NCBI GenBank assembly: GCA_964016885.1
Contig: OZ024761.1
Coordinates: forward strand, 14,198,001 to 14,262,000
From: Eledone cirrhosa
Lineage: Eukaryota
Direction of reading: 5' to 3'
DNA length: 64,000 bases
How positions within the stretch are numbered: position 1 is the first letter of the stretch; every line of letters begins with the position of its first letter. Positions 63,613 through 64,000 of the stretch are shown one piece after another. Under the pieces are notes generated by a model, which searched no databases, was not told where the DNA came from, and saw only the letters and a program-made list of their open reading frames with translations. Position numbers and translations under genes: made by a program.

Positions 63613-64000
63613 TTTAAATATTTTCTGTTACTTGGAATTTCCATTATGGTTGTACAAGTTATAGTTTCTTTAAAAATTTGTTCTCTGTTCAGCCTGTATT
63701 GTTGTAATTATCAATTTTCTTTAACGTACTGGCTGCTGAACTGGAGAATCCTAAAAACTATTCAAACCCAACATCAGAGCACGTTGGAGGGATTTAGTAA
63801 TAAAACTAATTTTCTCATTATTAATTTGGGGTTTGGAAAATAACAAACGTTCTTACATAAAATTAGAATGGAAGGTATTTTAAGATAAATATAAACAATT
63901 TAACCCTTTCTTCACCATATTTCTAATGAAAGATACTGCCTATGAATTTAATCAACTAGATAGCCTGCTCATAAAATTAACTCTTTCATTTCCATAATTC

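Overview
AT-rich, repeat-dense animal genomic DNA, most likely coleoid cephalopod (Octopus-like, inferred from the SINE/RTE repertoire and TA/TG microsatellite load). One host gene is supported: an intact gamma-glutamyl transpeptidase (GGT1-like) on the minus strand, with 11 coding exons between 41176 and 5390. All junctions are GT-AG with matching phases, giving 1740 nt and 579 aa. The introns and upstream flank hold RTE, CR1/L2, R4/Dong-like and CRE-like retrotransposon pieces, two SINE families, a piggyBac-like MITE family, Helitrons, mariner pieces and several satellites. There is also a young Naiad-type Penelope-like element (RT + GIY-YIG) framed by ~1.24 kb inverted repeats. The main signal invisible to the ORF track is about 12 type-I hammerhead ribozyme motifs from at least five unrelated sequence families, several in inverted pairs. 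The unpaired intronic copies face antisense to GGT. The sense-facing ones either have a nearby antisense partner or are truncated by a SINE. Most other ORF-track entries are microsatellite read-through. All structures were folded by eye and coordinates may be off by a few bases.
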